A stretch of 32,000 nt of DNA, taken from the NCBI RefSeq assembly GCF_000196555.1, contig NC_015067.1, forward strand, positions 900,001-932,000. Reading direction: 5' to 3'. Shown here one piece after another: positions 7,643-15,555 of the stretch. The DNA comes from Bifidobacterium longum subsp. longum JCM 1217. GTDB taxonomy: Bacteria > Actinomycetota > Actinomycetes > Actinomycetales > Bifidobacteriaceae. Position 1 is the first letter of the stretch, and each line of letters begins with the position of its first letter. The translations under genes were made by a program, and so were the position numbers. Under the pieces are notes generated by a model. That model searched no databases and was not told the DNA's origin. It saw nothing but the letters and a program-made list of their open reading frames with translations.

Positions 7643-9121
7643 TCAGCCTTTCAACCGATACCGCTGTGCCGGGTCGTCGGCGAACTTGACTTGGGCGACC
7701 CGCCCTTCCTTCATCAGCTCGCGCATACCGGATGTGGCGGCCAGCGGCGTCAACTGTAGTTCGCGCATGATCTCCTTGACGCTCATGGCCGAATGCCGCT
7801 CCAGTACGGTCATAATCGCCTTGACCACGTCGCCCGGTGAACTGTTCGCCATCGTGCGCTGCTTGGTGATGGTCATCGTGAACGTGTTGATGTCGTTGCG
7901 CGTGGTCGCCGGCTCGATGCCGGCCTCGCGCAACGCGGCGGCGATGCGCTGGTAGCCGTCGCCGCCTTCCGGGTTCACAAACCCGCCGCCCGGATACGGC
8001 GTGGACTCCAGCAGCGTGAACAGGAACTGGTTTCGGGTGGAGACGAACGGCGCGCCCGTCACCGGATGAGGGCTCGCCAGCACATCATGTGTCACCATGC
8101 CGTACAGGCCACCCGGATTGGTGATCTCGATGCGATCGGTGAACACGCTGATATGCACCTGCGTGCCGCGCGCATCGGGCGAATAATCACGGTGGGTGAG
8201 CGCGTTCGCAATCGCCTCGCGCAACACGAGCGGCGGATAGTCGGGCTTCTTCGCGCCAATCCAACGCATCAACGAGTCGACCGCATCGTCGATCATCACC
8301 GGAATCGAACCGACCACCGACTTCGAGGCGACCAATCGTTCGTCGCCCCGGAACACATCGTCCCGGCTCGTCCCCGGAAACACGGCTATCGAAATGCCGA
8401 GCCGCGGATAGAACTTCTGCGGATAGCGGCCCAACGCCAGCAGTCCGGCCAAGGTGGGGCGCAGGATTCCGCCGACCTCCGACTCGTCGGAATCATCATG
8501 GCGCAACACCTGCAGATCCAGCAGCACATCGATGCCGTCTCGGTCGGCGAACACGCGCGGATGCTGTTCGCGCACGCGTGCCAACAGTCCGGCAACAAGC
8601 TGCGGGTCGAGGTCATCGGTCGTGGCGTCGGGCACGATATCCAGATCGTATGTGGGCTGCAGATGCTCCTCGATGAGCCGGTCGACCTCATAGGAGGTCA
8701 TGCGCCGGTCGCCGTCGCCGGTACGGATGAACGAGCCGCCGTGCGGTCCGAGCGCGGTGGTGAAGCAGGGCTTGTCGCGCGGCAGCATCTCGTCGATGCG
8801 CGCGAACACCAGATTCGCGCCTTCGAACGGGCAGGTGACGATTACGGGCCGCACCACCGGCGTCATCTTCTCGCACGCCTGGCTCAGCGCCTCCTGCATG
8901 GCGCGCGCGTCGAATCCCTCGACCGGCGTGAACCCGTTCTTTTCGGACAGGCCCAGGATAATCCAGCCGCCGGAGCCATTGGAGAACGCGGACAGCGTAT
9001 CGGTGATGGTCGAGGAGATCTTGCGCTTGCATTCCTTGACCTCGCACTGTTGCGTATCGTTGCCGATCAGACGCATGAGTTCGATCAGCTCAGTCATTTT
9101 GGCAGTATAGTCATCGACCAT
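7643..9121 (-). CDS. AlbA_2 (Schlafen-like) + HATPase_c_4 + C-terminal winged-HTH protein (COG2865-type; often mis-annotated as 'RecG-like helicase' or 'transcriptional regulator')
   Basis: N-terminal part CEVKECKRK...LSAFSNGSGGWIILGLSEKNGF matches the AlbA_2 pattern. LREAIANALTHRDYS...RIEITNPGGL matches HATPase_c_4. The C-terminal part SVKEIMRELQLTPLAATSGMRELMKEGRV looks like a wHTH. Start ATG 9121 is preceded by AAGGAGG at 6-nt spacing. The listed ORF extends to 9217. Confidence 0.8.
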   Translation of the reverse strand: MVDDYTAKMTELIELMRLIGNDTQQCEVKECKRKISSTITDTLSAFSNGSGGWIILGLSEKNGFTPVEGFDARAMQEALSQACEKMTPVVRPVIVTCPFEGANLVFARIDEMLPRDKPCFTTALGPHGGSFIRTGDGDRRMTSYEVDRLIEEHLQPTYDLDIVPDATTDDLDPQLVAGLLARVREQHPRVFADRDGIDVLLDLQVLRHDDSDESEVGGILRPTLAGLLALGRYPQKFYPRLGISIAVFPGTSRDDVFRGDERLVASKSVVGSIPVMIDDAVDSLMRWIGAKKPDYPPLVLREAIANALTHRDYSPDARGTQVHISVFTDRIEITNPGGLYGMVTHDVLASPHPVTGAPFVSTRNQFLFTLLESTPYPGGGFVNPEGGDGYQRIAAALREAGIEPATTRNDINTFTMTITKQRTMANSSPGDVVKAIMTVLERHSAMSVKEIMRELQLTPLAATSGMRELMKEGRVAQVKFADDPAQRYRLKG

Positions 9122-9372
9122 GGCGGCCTCCTTGAAACCATTGTGCCCCATAATCCGCCGCCCGCTCGCCTCCAGCCCCGCCAGTTCACCCCAATTCATG
9201 CAGAATTCATGGGCCAAACCAGACGAAACGAACGTCGATGTAGGGTTCGGTTCCGCGTGTTCGCCGATGATATCGGCCGGTCGAGGCGGGCGGGCTATGT
9301 TGGGTGGCGTGGGAATCTTGCGCGTGATTGATGCTACGGCTGTGTGCTTCGCTCTGGGTATATCCGGCCCGA

Positions 9373-9993
9373 TCAGCGGGACTCAGCCAATGTGATGCCG
9401 CCCGCAGCCATCTGCTTGCGGGCCGCAACACCAAGTTCCTCGCTGACCGGCACGGTCAGATCCTCGAACACGGTGACCTCGAAGCCGAGCTTCTTGGCAT
9501 CGAGCGCGGTGTCCTTGACACAATGCGATTCGGCGATGCCCACCACATCCACGCGACTCACGCCGGCGGCCTTCAGCGCGTTGGCCAGCGTCTTGCCGGC
9601 GGATTGCTCGGCCTCGACCTCCTCGCGGGTCTGGATACGGTCGGTATTGTCCTCGATACCCTCAAAACCGGAATATGCCGCCGAATACTGGCCCTTCTTG
9701 AAATGATGCTCGATATTCAGCGCCTTGATCGCCGGATGCAATTCGGCGTTCAGCGTGCCGGCCGCACCATGCTTCGGCCACGTGTCCACGAAATCCGGCT
9801 CCGCCGACCAGTGCGCGCCCGGCTCGATATGCCAGTCCTGCGTGGTTGCGATATACGCGTACTCGCTGCGATGCGCGTTCACATAATCGGCAATCCGCTC
9901 GGCGACCGCGTTGCCGCCTGCGACACCCAGTTCGCCGCTTTCACAGAACGTCGGCTGCACATCCACCACAATCAGTGCCTTGGTCATCGTCAT
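9373..9993 (-). CDS. pncA: Isochorismatase-family nicotinamidase/pyrazinamidase
   Basis: KALIVVDVQPTFCE..G.L.V.GG, WPKHG, DVVGIAESHCVKDTALDA carry the catalytic Asp/Lys/Cys pattern of PncA-like cysteine hydrolases. Start is ATG 9993 or ATG 9987, with AAGGGGA upstream. The listed ORF extends to 10065. Confidence 0.85.
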   Translation of the reverse strand: MTMTKALIVVDVQPTFCESGELGVAGGNAVAERIADYVNAHRSEYAYIATTQDWHIEPGAHWSAEPDFVDTWPKHGAAGTLNAELHPAIKALNIEHHFKKGQYSAAYSGFEGIEDNTDRIQTREEVEAEQSAGKTLANALKAAGVSRVDVVGIAESHCVKDTALDAKKLGFEVTVFEDLTVPVSEELGVAARKQMAAGGITLAESR

Positions 9994-10145
9994 TCCCCTT
10001 ATTGCCTTGGATTCGTTTTGAATATTGTCTCGAACTCGACGTGCGATTGCTCTCATCATAGCCATGCGCGGCCCTGTGGGAAACGTTCGGGCTTACACTG
10101 CAAGCAGCAATCGAATACAAGAACCAGGGGAGGGCGACCAAGACC

Positions 10146-10547
10146 ATGCTGGACCATCTGACGTTGCACGTGAAAGACATCGACCGTAGCATCACATTCT
10201 ACAAACAGGCGCTCGCACCGCTCGGCTATATCGTCAAGGCGCATCATGAGCCTACGCTCGGATTCGGCGTGGATGACGGAACCCTGCACTCCGATTTCTA
10301 CGTGTCACCGATTGAAGGGCTGGAGGCGGAGGCTTCGCCGGTCACGCCGGTCACACACATCGCGTTCTTGGCTGACAGTCAGCAAGCCGTGCAGGCGTTC
10401 CATGCAGCCGCGCTCGCCGCCGGCGGCCGAGACAACGGCGCTCCCGGTCCGCGCCCGTACCATCCCGGCTATTACTCCGCATTCGTGCTGGACCCGGATG
10501 GCAATAACATCGAAGCCGTCGTGGATTGGGCTCATTCGAACGAGTAA
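10146..10547 (+). CDS. VOC-family (glyoxalase/bleomycin-resistance/dioxygenase fold) protein
   Basis: MLDHLTLHVKDIDRSITFYKQALAPLGY...HIAF...YSAFVLDPDGNNIEAV is the typical paired beta-alpha-beta-beta-beta VOC signature. 133 aa. Confidence 0.85.
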   Translation: MLDHLTLHVKDIDRSITFYKQALAPLGYIVKAHHEPTLGFGVDDGTLHSDFYVSPIEGLEAEASPVTPVTHIAFLADSQQAVQAFHAAALAAGGRDNGAPGPRPYHPGYYSAFVLDPDGNNIEAVVDWAHSNE

Positions 10548-10635
10548 AAACATATCCGTATCGTGCCTCAGGCGGCATCGACGGCGTAGGCTCCAACCAG
10601 TCGGATTTGTGGTCGCAACGGCGGTATAGGTCACA

Positions 10636-11574
10636 TCACGCAAGCGTGAAGGTGATGGTCTGCTCGGCGGTTTCGGTGCCGATCCATGTGCCGGCTTTGC
10701 GGTTCCAATCCATGCCGTCCGCGTGCAGTGCGTCAATGCCGTATTGACGTGCATGCGTGACCAGCCAGCCTGCCGTCTGCCAGCAAAGTCGAGTGCGGTT
10801 GTCGGCGGACAGGCCGTCCGGCAGCGTGATCGTCAACGTTGTGCTGGCCGTATTGGTCGCAGCGCCGTTGTTCGTGCCGGTTTTGCCATTTGGGGGCACA
10901 ACCGAGACATTGACATTCGGCAGTGTACCTCCTATGGCGACAACCAACCCGTCCGCGTCCGAGGAGGTTGCTGGCTCCAACGCGCACGTGACGCCCGCCG
11001 ACCGTTCACCGGTCAGCCCCGAGGCCCAAGCGCGTGCCATCGCATCCCATGCGGCATATAGTTCCGGGTAGCCTGAGCGCTGCACCTCCTGCGCGGCGTC
11101 CTCCACCGGAATCGTCTCCCAATCCGGCACCTGCAGCAGATGATCGTAGAAGATGTTTGTCGCATAGGTCATGTCGGACACCTGCTCCGCCGTGCCCCAG
11201 CCTTGGCTGGGCCGCTGTTGGAACAGGCCGAGCGAATCCAAGTCGCCGTAGTCCAGATTCGTCAGCCTCGACTCCTGCATGGCCGTGGCGATGGCCACCG
11301 TCGCCGCGTGATCCGGCAGTCCGCGCGTGACGGCGATGTTCGCAATCAGCGCCGCGTTCTGCGCCTGATCAGGCGTCAAGGTGCGGCGGGCTCCGTCGGA
11401 CGACACCGCCGCGCAATATGCTTCCTCGGCCGTGCGCGCGGTCTCGCGAGGCGTGAATAGCCGTGGCAGCAGCGTCCATGCCGCGATCAGCGCCGCAACA
11501 ACAAGTATGACGGCTGCAATCAGCGCGCCCGCGCCATGGGAGCGGCGTCTGCCGTACCGCACCTGTTGTCCCAT
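10636..11574 (-). CDS. Membrane-anchored secreted protein with an SLT/lysozyme-like motif set; function unknown
   Basis: Strong SD (GGAGG, 5-nt spacing). An N-terminal Arg-rich segment is followed by one TM helix (ALIAAVILVVAALIAAW). The central motif AMQESRLTNLDYGDLDSLGLFQQRPSQGWG resembles the E-S ... G-L-(M/F)-Q blocks of family-1 lytic transglycosylases. The C-terminal roughly 120 aa is not recognised. Confidence 0.75.
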   Translation of the reverse strand: MGQQVRYGRRRSHGAGALIAAVILVVAALIAAWTLLPRLFTPRETARTAEEAYCAAVSSDGARRTLTPDQAQNAALIANIAVTRGLPDHAATVAIATAMQESRLTNLDYGDLDSLGLFQQRPSQGWGTAEQVSDMTYATNIFYDHLLQVPDWETIPVEDAAQEVQRSGYPELYAAWDAMARAWASGLTGERSAGVTCALEPATSSDADGLVVAIGGTLPNVNVSVVPPNGKTGTNNGAATNTASTTLTITLPDGLSADNRTRLCWQTAGWLVTHARQYGIDALHADGMDWNRKAGTWIGTETAEQTITFTLA

Positions 11575-11861
11575 TGCGCCTCCAATATTTCGGTGTCATG
11601 GCTGACCGTGACCGGCTGGCCTATGCAGCATGCGGGATTTGCCGTGTTCCGGCTCGGCCGTCATCATGACAGCGTGGCATATCCACCTGAACGGCGGCTG
11701 CGTCATCACGCGACTTTGTGACAAGTCTTCACGCTTCATGACATCCGCGCAAATCAGCCCCTCGAAACCGAGAATGGCGGTCGGGATTGCTCCGACACCA
11801 AGGGAGCTGCTGCCGCTATTGTGTGAAAGGCGATTTGTACCGGGTTGAAGGAGAGGAACAC

Positions 11862-12683
11862 ATGGCGCAATTGCAGCCGTACTGCGCGATTGAGGGCAAT
11901 GATGATGGATTGCCCGTCGTGTTCGTGCATGGCATGGGTGTGGACCATCGTTCGCTGATGATGCTCGACAAGGCGTTTGACGGCAATGATTCAATTCGCC
12001 GTATATATCTGGATCTGCCCGGTTTCGGCCGTACGCCGGCATTGCCCGAGCATGCCTGCGGGCTGCCGGAAATGGCGGATTGGCTGCAAACGGCCATTGA
12101 CGGTCTTGTCGGTAAAGCGGCTCCATTCGCCATGGTCGGCAACTCGATGGGCGGTGCGCTTGTCCGCGAAGTATTGGCGCGCGAACCTCGCCGAGTGGCC
12201 GGTATGGTATTGATCGCGCCGGTCGTGGACCCGCAGCATGCCGGCCGGCATGTGGCCGAACATGTGGTTGCACAGCCCAATCCCAAGCTGACGCACTCCT
12301 TGCCGCAGGAACAGGTGTTCGATTTCATTACCATGGGCGTCAACCAGTCATTCGACGCGTGGCGACGCTACCAACGGTTCATCCTGCCCGGCGTGGCGTT
12401 GTGCGACCGTGCGGCATGCGAACGACTGGATCAGCGCTATTGGCTGGCCGATAATCCCGAGGAAATGCTCGGCACATATGCGGGTCCGGTGCTCATCGTC
12501 ACCGGCAAGCAAGACCAGATCGTCGGATACGAAGATCAGCAAGCCCTGTTGCCGCACTATCCCAACGCCACCTTCGTGACGCTGGACAATGCCGGTCACA
12601 ACGCGCACATCGACCAACCCGAAGCCGTCATCACGCTCGTGCGCGAATGGGTGGCTCATATGGCGTTCGCTCCGTTGAGCTGA
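11862..12683 (+). CDS. Alpha/beta-fold hydrolase
   Basis: VVFVHGMGVDHRS (oxyanion HG), nucleophile elbow GNSMGG, C-terminal AGHNAHIDQPE (catalytic His). Start ATG 11862 lies behind SD GAAGGAGAGG. The listed ORF starts at 11787. Confidence 0.88.
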   Translation: MAQLQPYCAIEGNDDGLPVVFVHGMGVDHRSLMMLDKAFDGNDSIRRIYLDLPGFGRTPALPEHACGLPEMADWLQTAIDGLVGKAAPFAMVGNSMGGALVREVLAREPRRVAGMVLIAPVVDPQHAGRHVAEHVVAQPNPKLTHSLPQEQVFDFITMGVNQSFDAWRRYQRFILPGVALCDRAACERLDQRYWLADNPEEMLGTYAGPVLIVTGKQDQIVGYEDQQALLPHYPNATFVTLDNAGHNAHIDQPEAVITLVREWVAHMAFAPLS

Positions 12684-12736
12684 CGGTCTGCTGACAGTCT
12701 GCCGAAGCCTATATGTATACGAGCGACCAATGCCGG

Positions 12737-12789
12737 TTGACGCAATACGCCTTGCAAGGTATATCGTTTTTCGATATAGTCATATCGAT
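12737..12789 (+). promoter_or_regulatory. Candidate sigma-70 promoter overlapped by an ATATCG-type operator for the DUF2975/HTH operon
   Basis: -35 TTGACG (12737-12742), 17-nt spacer, -10 TATATC (12760-12765). A perfect inverted repeat TATATCG-TTTTT-CGATATA (12760-12778) overlaps the -10. A third half-site, ATATCGAT, lies at 12782-12789. The region is AT-rich and 48-100 nt upstream of ATG 12837. Confidence 0.5.
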
Positions 12790-12836
12790 GTTCGCGGTGT
12801 CGCCAAAAAAACGTCGGCACCTGAAAGGACCGGGCT

Positions 12837-13097
12837 ATGAAAAACTACATGAACCGATGGGTGTTGCTCGCGTTGAAAGCCATCGTGATTCTGGTCTGGC
12901 TGGCCTGCCTATGGGGCCAACTATTCGCCGTACCGGGATTGAGCGGCGCGCTGGCCGGCCTCTACCCGAGCCAGACGTCGATGCACTGGCCATATCTCAT
13001 TATGGGCGTGCTGTTCCTGTTCTGCATCGAAGCGGCGTTCGTGGCCGTATGGAAACTGTTCTCCTTGTCCGGCTCGGGCGCGAACTCGAGCAGGTGA
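12837..13097 (+). CDS. DUF2975-like two-TM membrane protein, apparently truncated (about half the normal length)
   Basis: The 86-aa product has 2 TM helices and ends in ...AFVAVWKLFSL, resembling the first half of roughly 160-aa DUF2975 proteins. It lies immediately upstream of a YozG-type HTH gene, which is the canonical pairing. The +1 frame ends ...RELEQVI* at 13102, resembling a DUF2975 C-terminus. Confidence 0.55.
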   Translation: MKNYMNRWVLLALKAIVILVWLACLWGQLFAVPGLSGALAGLYPSQTSMHWPYLIMGVLFLFCIEAAFVAVWKLFSLSGSGANSSR

Positions 13098-13103
13098 TTT
13101 GAG

Positions 13104-13313
13104 ATGACGATTCGCATCAATCTCGACGTCATGATGGCCAAACGCAAGATTGGCGTCGGCGAGCTCGCCGAACAAATTGGCATCACTCCCGCCAACGTGT
13201 CCATTCTGAAGAACGGACGTGCCAAAGCCGTCCGCTTCACCACGTTGGACGCCATCTGCAAGGCACTCGACTGCCAACCCGGAGACATCCTCGAATGGGA
13301 AGATGACGATTGA
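13104..13313 (+). CDS. Small Cro/C1 (YozG/HTH_26-type) helix-turn-helix transcriptional regulator
   Basis: MTIRINLDVMMAKRKIGVGELAEQIGITPANVSILKNGRAKAVRFTTLDAICKALDCQPGDILEW is a near-consensus YozG-family sequence. 69 aa. Confidence 0.92.
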   Translation: MTIRINLDVMMAKRKIGVGELAEQIGITPANVSILKNGRAKAVRFTTLDAICKALDCQPGDILEWEDDD

Positions 13314-13369
13314 TCGACACGCCACCGGCTCGAACTCATGGTTCAACTTGTAGTCTCTCCCAAAATCAA

Positions 13370-13405
13370 TGATGCCCTATCATCCTGCAAGACGATAGGG
13401 CATCA
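13370..13405. terminator. Intrinsic terminator for pbuX (minus strand); also ends the HTH operon
   Basis: Perfect 12-bp stem TGATGCCCTATC / GATAGGGCATCA with a 12-nt loop. On the minus strand it is followed by TTGATTTTGGG. Confidence 0.75.
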
Positions 13406-13442
13406 TCATGTGATTATGCGCAGCTGATATGTTGCGTTGTTA

Positions 13443-14807
13443 TCACTCGGCGTCCGCGGCCGGTGCCTCCTTGGGCGCAGAGAGGAAGTGCTCCTCGCTG
13501 GGCAGCACGGTGTTCAGGATCACGGCCACCACGAACGCCACGGCGATGCAGTTCGAGGCGAAGATTTGTTGGAACAGTGCCGGGAACTGCGTGAAGATGT
13601 CGCTCACCTGGGTGAAGCCGATGCCGATGGTCAGCGAAAGCGCCGCAATCGTGATGTTGCGCTGCGTGAAGCCCGCCTCGGCAATCATCTGGAAGCCCGA
13701 AAGAATGATGTTGCCGAACATCATGATCGTGCAGCCGCCGAGCACCGCCTGCGGCAGCGAGTTGAACACCTCGGCGATGGCCGGCACGAAGCTCGCCAGC
13801 ACCAGAATCAGTCCGCCGGAGAGAATCACCTTGCGGTTGACGACCTTGGTCATGGCCACCAATCCGATGTTCTGTGCGAACGAGGTCAGCGGCAGACAGC
13901 CGAACAGGCCGGATACGGTGGAGATCAGGCCGTCGCCGGCGATGGCGCCCGCGGTCTCGCGTTCGGTGGGCGTACGGTTCAGGCCCACCTTGGTCAGCGC
14001 GGCGGTGTCACCCAGCACCTCGACCGAGGAGACGACGTAGAGCAGGCCGATGGAGATGATCGAGCCCCAGTCGAACTCAGGCTTGAACGGCATGAACTGC
14101 GGCACGGACACGATGGCGAGGTTCTGGAAACCGGAGAAATCGACCTTGCCCATGCAGATAGCCGCCACATAGCCGACCACCAGACCGAACAGCACGGACA
14201 GCTGCTTGGCCGTGCCCTTCATCAACAGCTGGAACGCCAGGCAGGCAACCAAAGATATAAGCCCGAGCGTCAGGTTCTGCCAGGAACCGAAGTCCTTGGC
14301 TCCGCTGCCGCCGCCGAAGCTCGTGGCACCCACGTTGAGCAGCGAGAAGCCGATCGACGTGACCACGATGGCGGAGACGATGGGCGGCACGAACCGACGC
14401 CAATACTTGGCCGTCAAACCCAGCACAAGTTCCAGCAGACCGCCGACCATTACCGCGCCGACCACCGCGCCATAGCCCTTGTCCGCGCAGATCGCCACGG
14501 CGGCCGCCACGTAGGTGAAGGAGATGCCGGTGACCATCGGAAGTCGCGAGCCGATGAGCCACGCGCCGTACAGTTGCAGGCAAGTGCCCAGGCCCGCAAC
14601 CAGCAGGCCGGACTGGATGATGGTGGCCGATTGGGCCGGGGTCATCTTCGCGGCCGAGGCGACGATGAAGATCGGGGCGAGGTTCGCCACGAACATGGCC
14701 ATCACATGCTGCAGGCCGAACGGAATGCCCTTCCAGAAGGATACTGGCGCGTCCAGCGAAGACAACGCCTCAAAGGATACGGAATGATTGGTTTTCTTCT
14801 CTGACAT
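13443..14807 (-). CDS. pbuX: Nucleobase:cation symporter-2 (NCS2) family xanthine/uracil permease
   Basis: GLQHVMAMFVANLAPIFIV, TSFAQNIGLVAMTKV (NCS2 signature region), about 12-14 TMs. Sits directly downstream of xpt as in the xpt-pbuX operon. Start ATG 14807 (MSEKKTNH...). The listed ORF extends to 14852. Confidence 0.9.
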   Translation of the reverse strand: MSEKKTNHSVSFEALSSLDAPVSFWKGIPFGLQHVMAMFVANLAPIFIVASAAKMTPAQSATIIQSGLLVAGLGTCLQLYGAWLIGSRLPMVTGISFTYVAAAVAICADKGYGAVVGAVMVGGLLELVLGLTAKYWRRFVPPIVSAIVVTSIGFSLLNVGATSFGGGSGAKDFGSWQNLTLGLISLVACLAFQLLMKGTAKQLSVLFGLVVGYVAAICMGKVDFSGFQNLAIVSVPQFMPFKPEFDWGSIISIGLLYVVSSVEVLGDTAALTKVGLNRTPTERETAGAIAGDGLISTVSGLFGCLPLTSFAQNIGLVAMTKVVNRKVILSGGLILVLASFVPAIAEVFNSLPQAVLGGCTIMMFGNIILSGFQMIAEAGFTQRNITIAALSLTIGIGFTQVSDIFTQFPALFQQIFASNCIAVAFVVAVILNTVLPSEEHFLSAPKEAPAADAE

Positions 14808-14857
14808 GATTCTCTTCTTCTCTCTGTTGCTCCCGCCGGCGGGAGCAGCCAATGTGC

Positions 14858-15439
14858 TCAGTGCCTAAATGTGATTTCGCCGGTCTCGGGATTCATGGAC
14901 TCGACGATGGCCAGCGAATCCACATCGTAGCCTTCAGCGCGCAGCGCGTCACCGCCGCCCTGGAAGCCCTTCTCCACGGCGATGCCAATGCCCTCGACCG
15001 TGGCACCGGCTGCTTCGCACAGATCGATCAGACCGCGCAACGCCTTGCCGTTGGCCAGAAAATCGTCAATAAGCAGCACATGGTCGCCGGCGTTCAGATA
15101 CTTCTTGGCCACGATCACCGGGAACTCCTTCTGCTTGGTGAAGGAATAGACCGTGGTGGTGTACTGGTCGCCGTCAAGGTTGATGGACTGCGCCTTCTTG
15201 GCGAACACCACCGGCACATTGCCGAAATGCTGGGCCGCCACACACGCAATGCCGATGCCGGACGCCTCGATGGTCAGAATCTTGGTGATGTGCTTGCCGG
15301 CGAAATGAGCGGCCCATGCCGAACCCATGCGGTCGAACAGGCGTACGTCGCACTGGTGGTTCAGAAACGCGTCCACCTTGAGCACATTACCCGCCTTCAC
15401 CGTTCCCTCGCTTTGGATTCGCTCCTCAAGTTCCTGCAT
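14858..15439 (-). CDS. xpt: Xanthine phosphoribosyltransferase
   Basis: [29 protein letters not shown]...[10 protein letters not shown]...[13 protein letters not shown] (PRPP-binding motif). Start ATG 15439 is preceded by GGGAGG. The listed ORF extends to 15451. Confidence 0.95.
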
Positions 15440-15555
15440 TGAACCTCCCATTGTTGTATGTCAGTGAATGATATGGATACTCGTAAGTGTACGTTGTCCT
15501 GCGCTGACCCGTGCATGTGGTAAACATGAATGTCGCGATTCAAAGGGAGGCAACA

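Noticed and set aside
9194-9212. Direct repeat GAATTCATG-CA-GAATTCATG-like sequence upstream of the AlbA_2 gene
   Set aside because: It is short (8-9 nt) and lies inside the discarded 5' extension of the ORF. I could not tie it to any promoter or operator geometry.
8066-9331. A 421-aa plus-strand ORF
   Set aside because: It is a shadow ORF antisense to the AlbA_2/HATPase_c_4 gene. It has no motifs and is Arg-rich.
13437-14804. A 455-aa plus-strand ORF
   Set aside because: It is antisense to the NCS2 permease. The product is an Arg/Gly/His/Asp-rich low-complexity sequence typical of GC-rich shadow ORFs.
15440-15555. Searched for a purine (guanine/xanthine) riboswitch upstream of xpt-pbuX, as found in Bacillus
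   Set aside because: I reverse-complemented the region. I found no UAUAAU...GGAUAUGG...GUUUCUACC...CCGUAAA...GACUA core or three-way-junction pairing. The leader is only about 100 nt and is shared with the divergent pcrA promoter.
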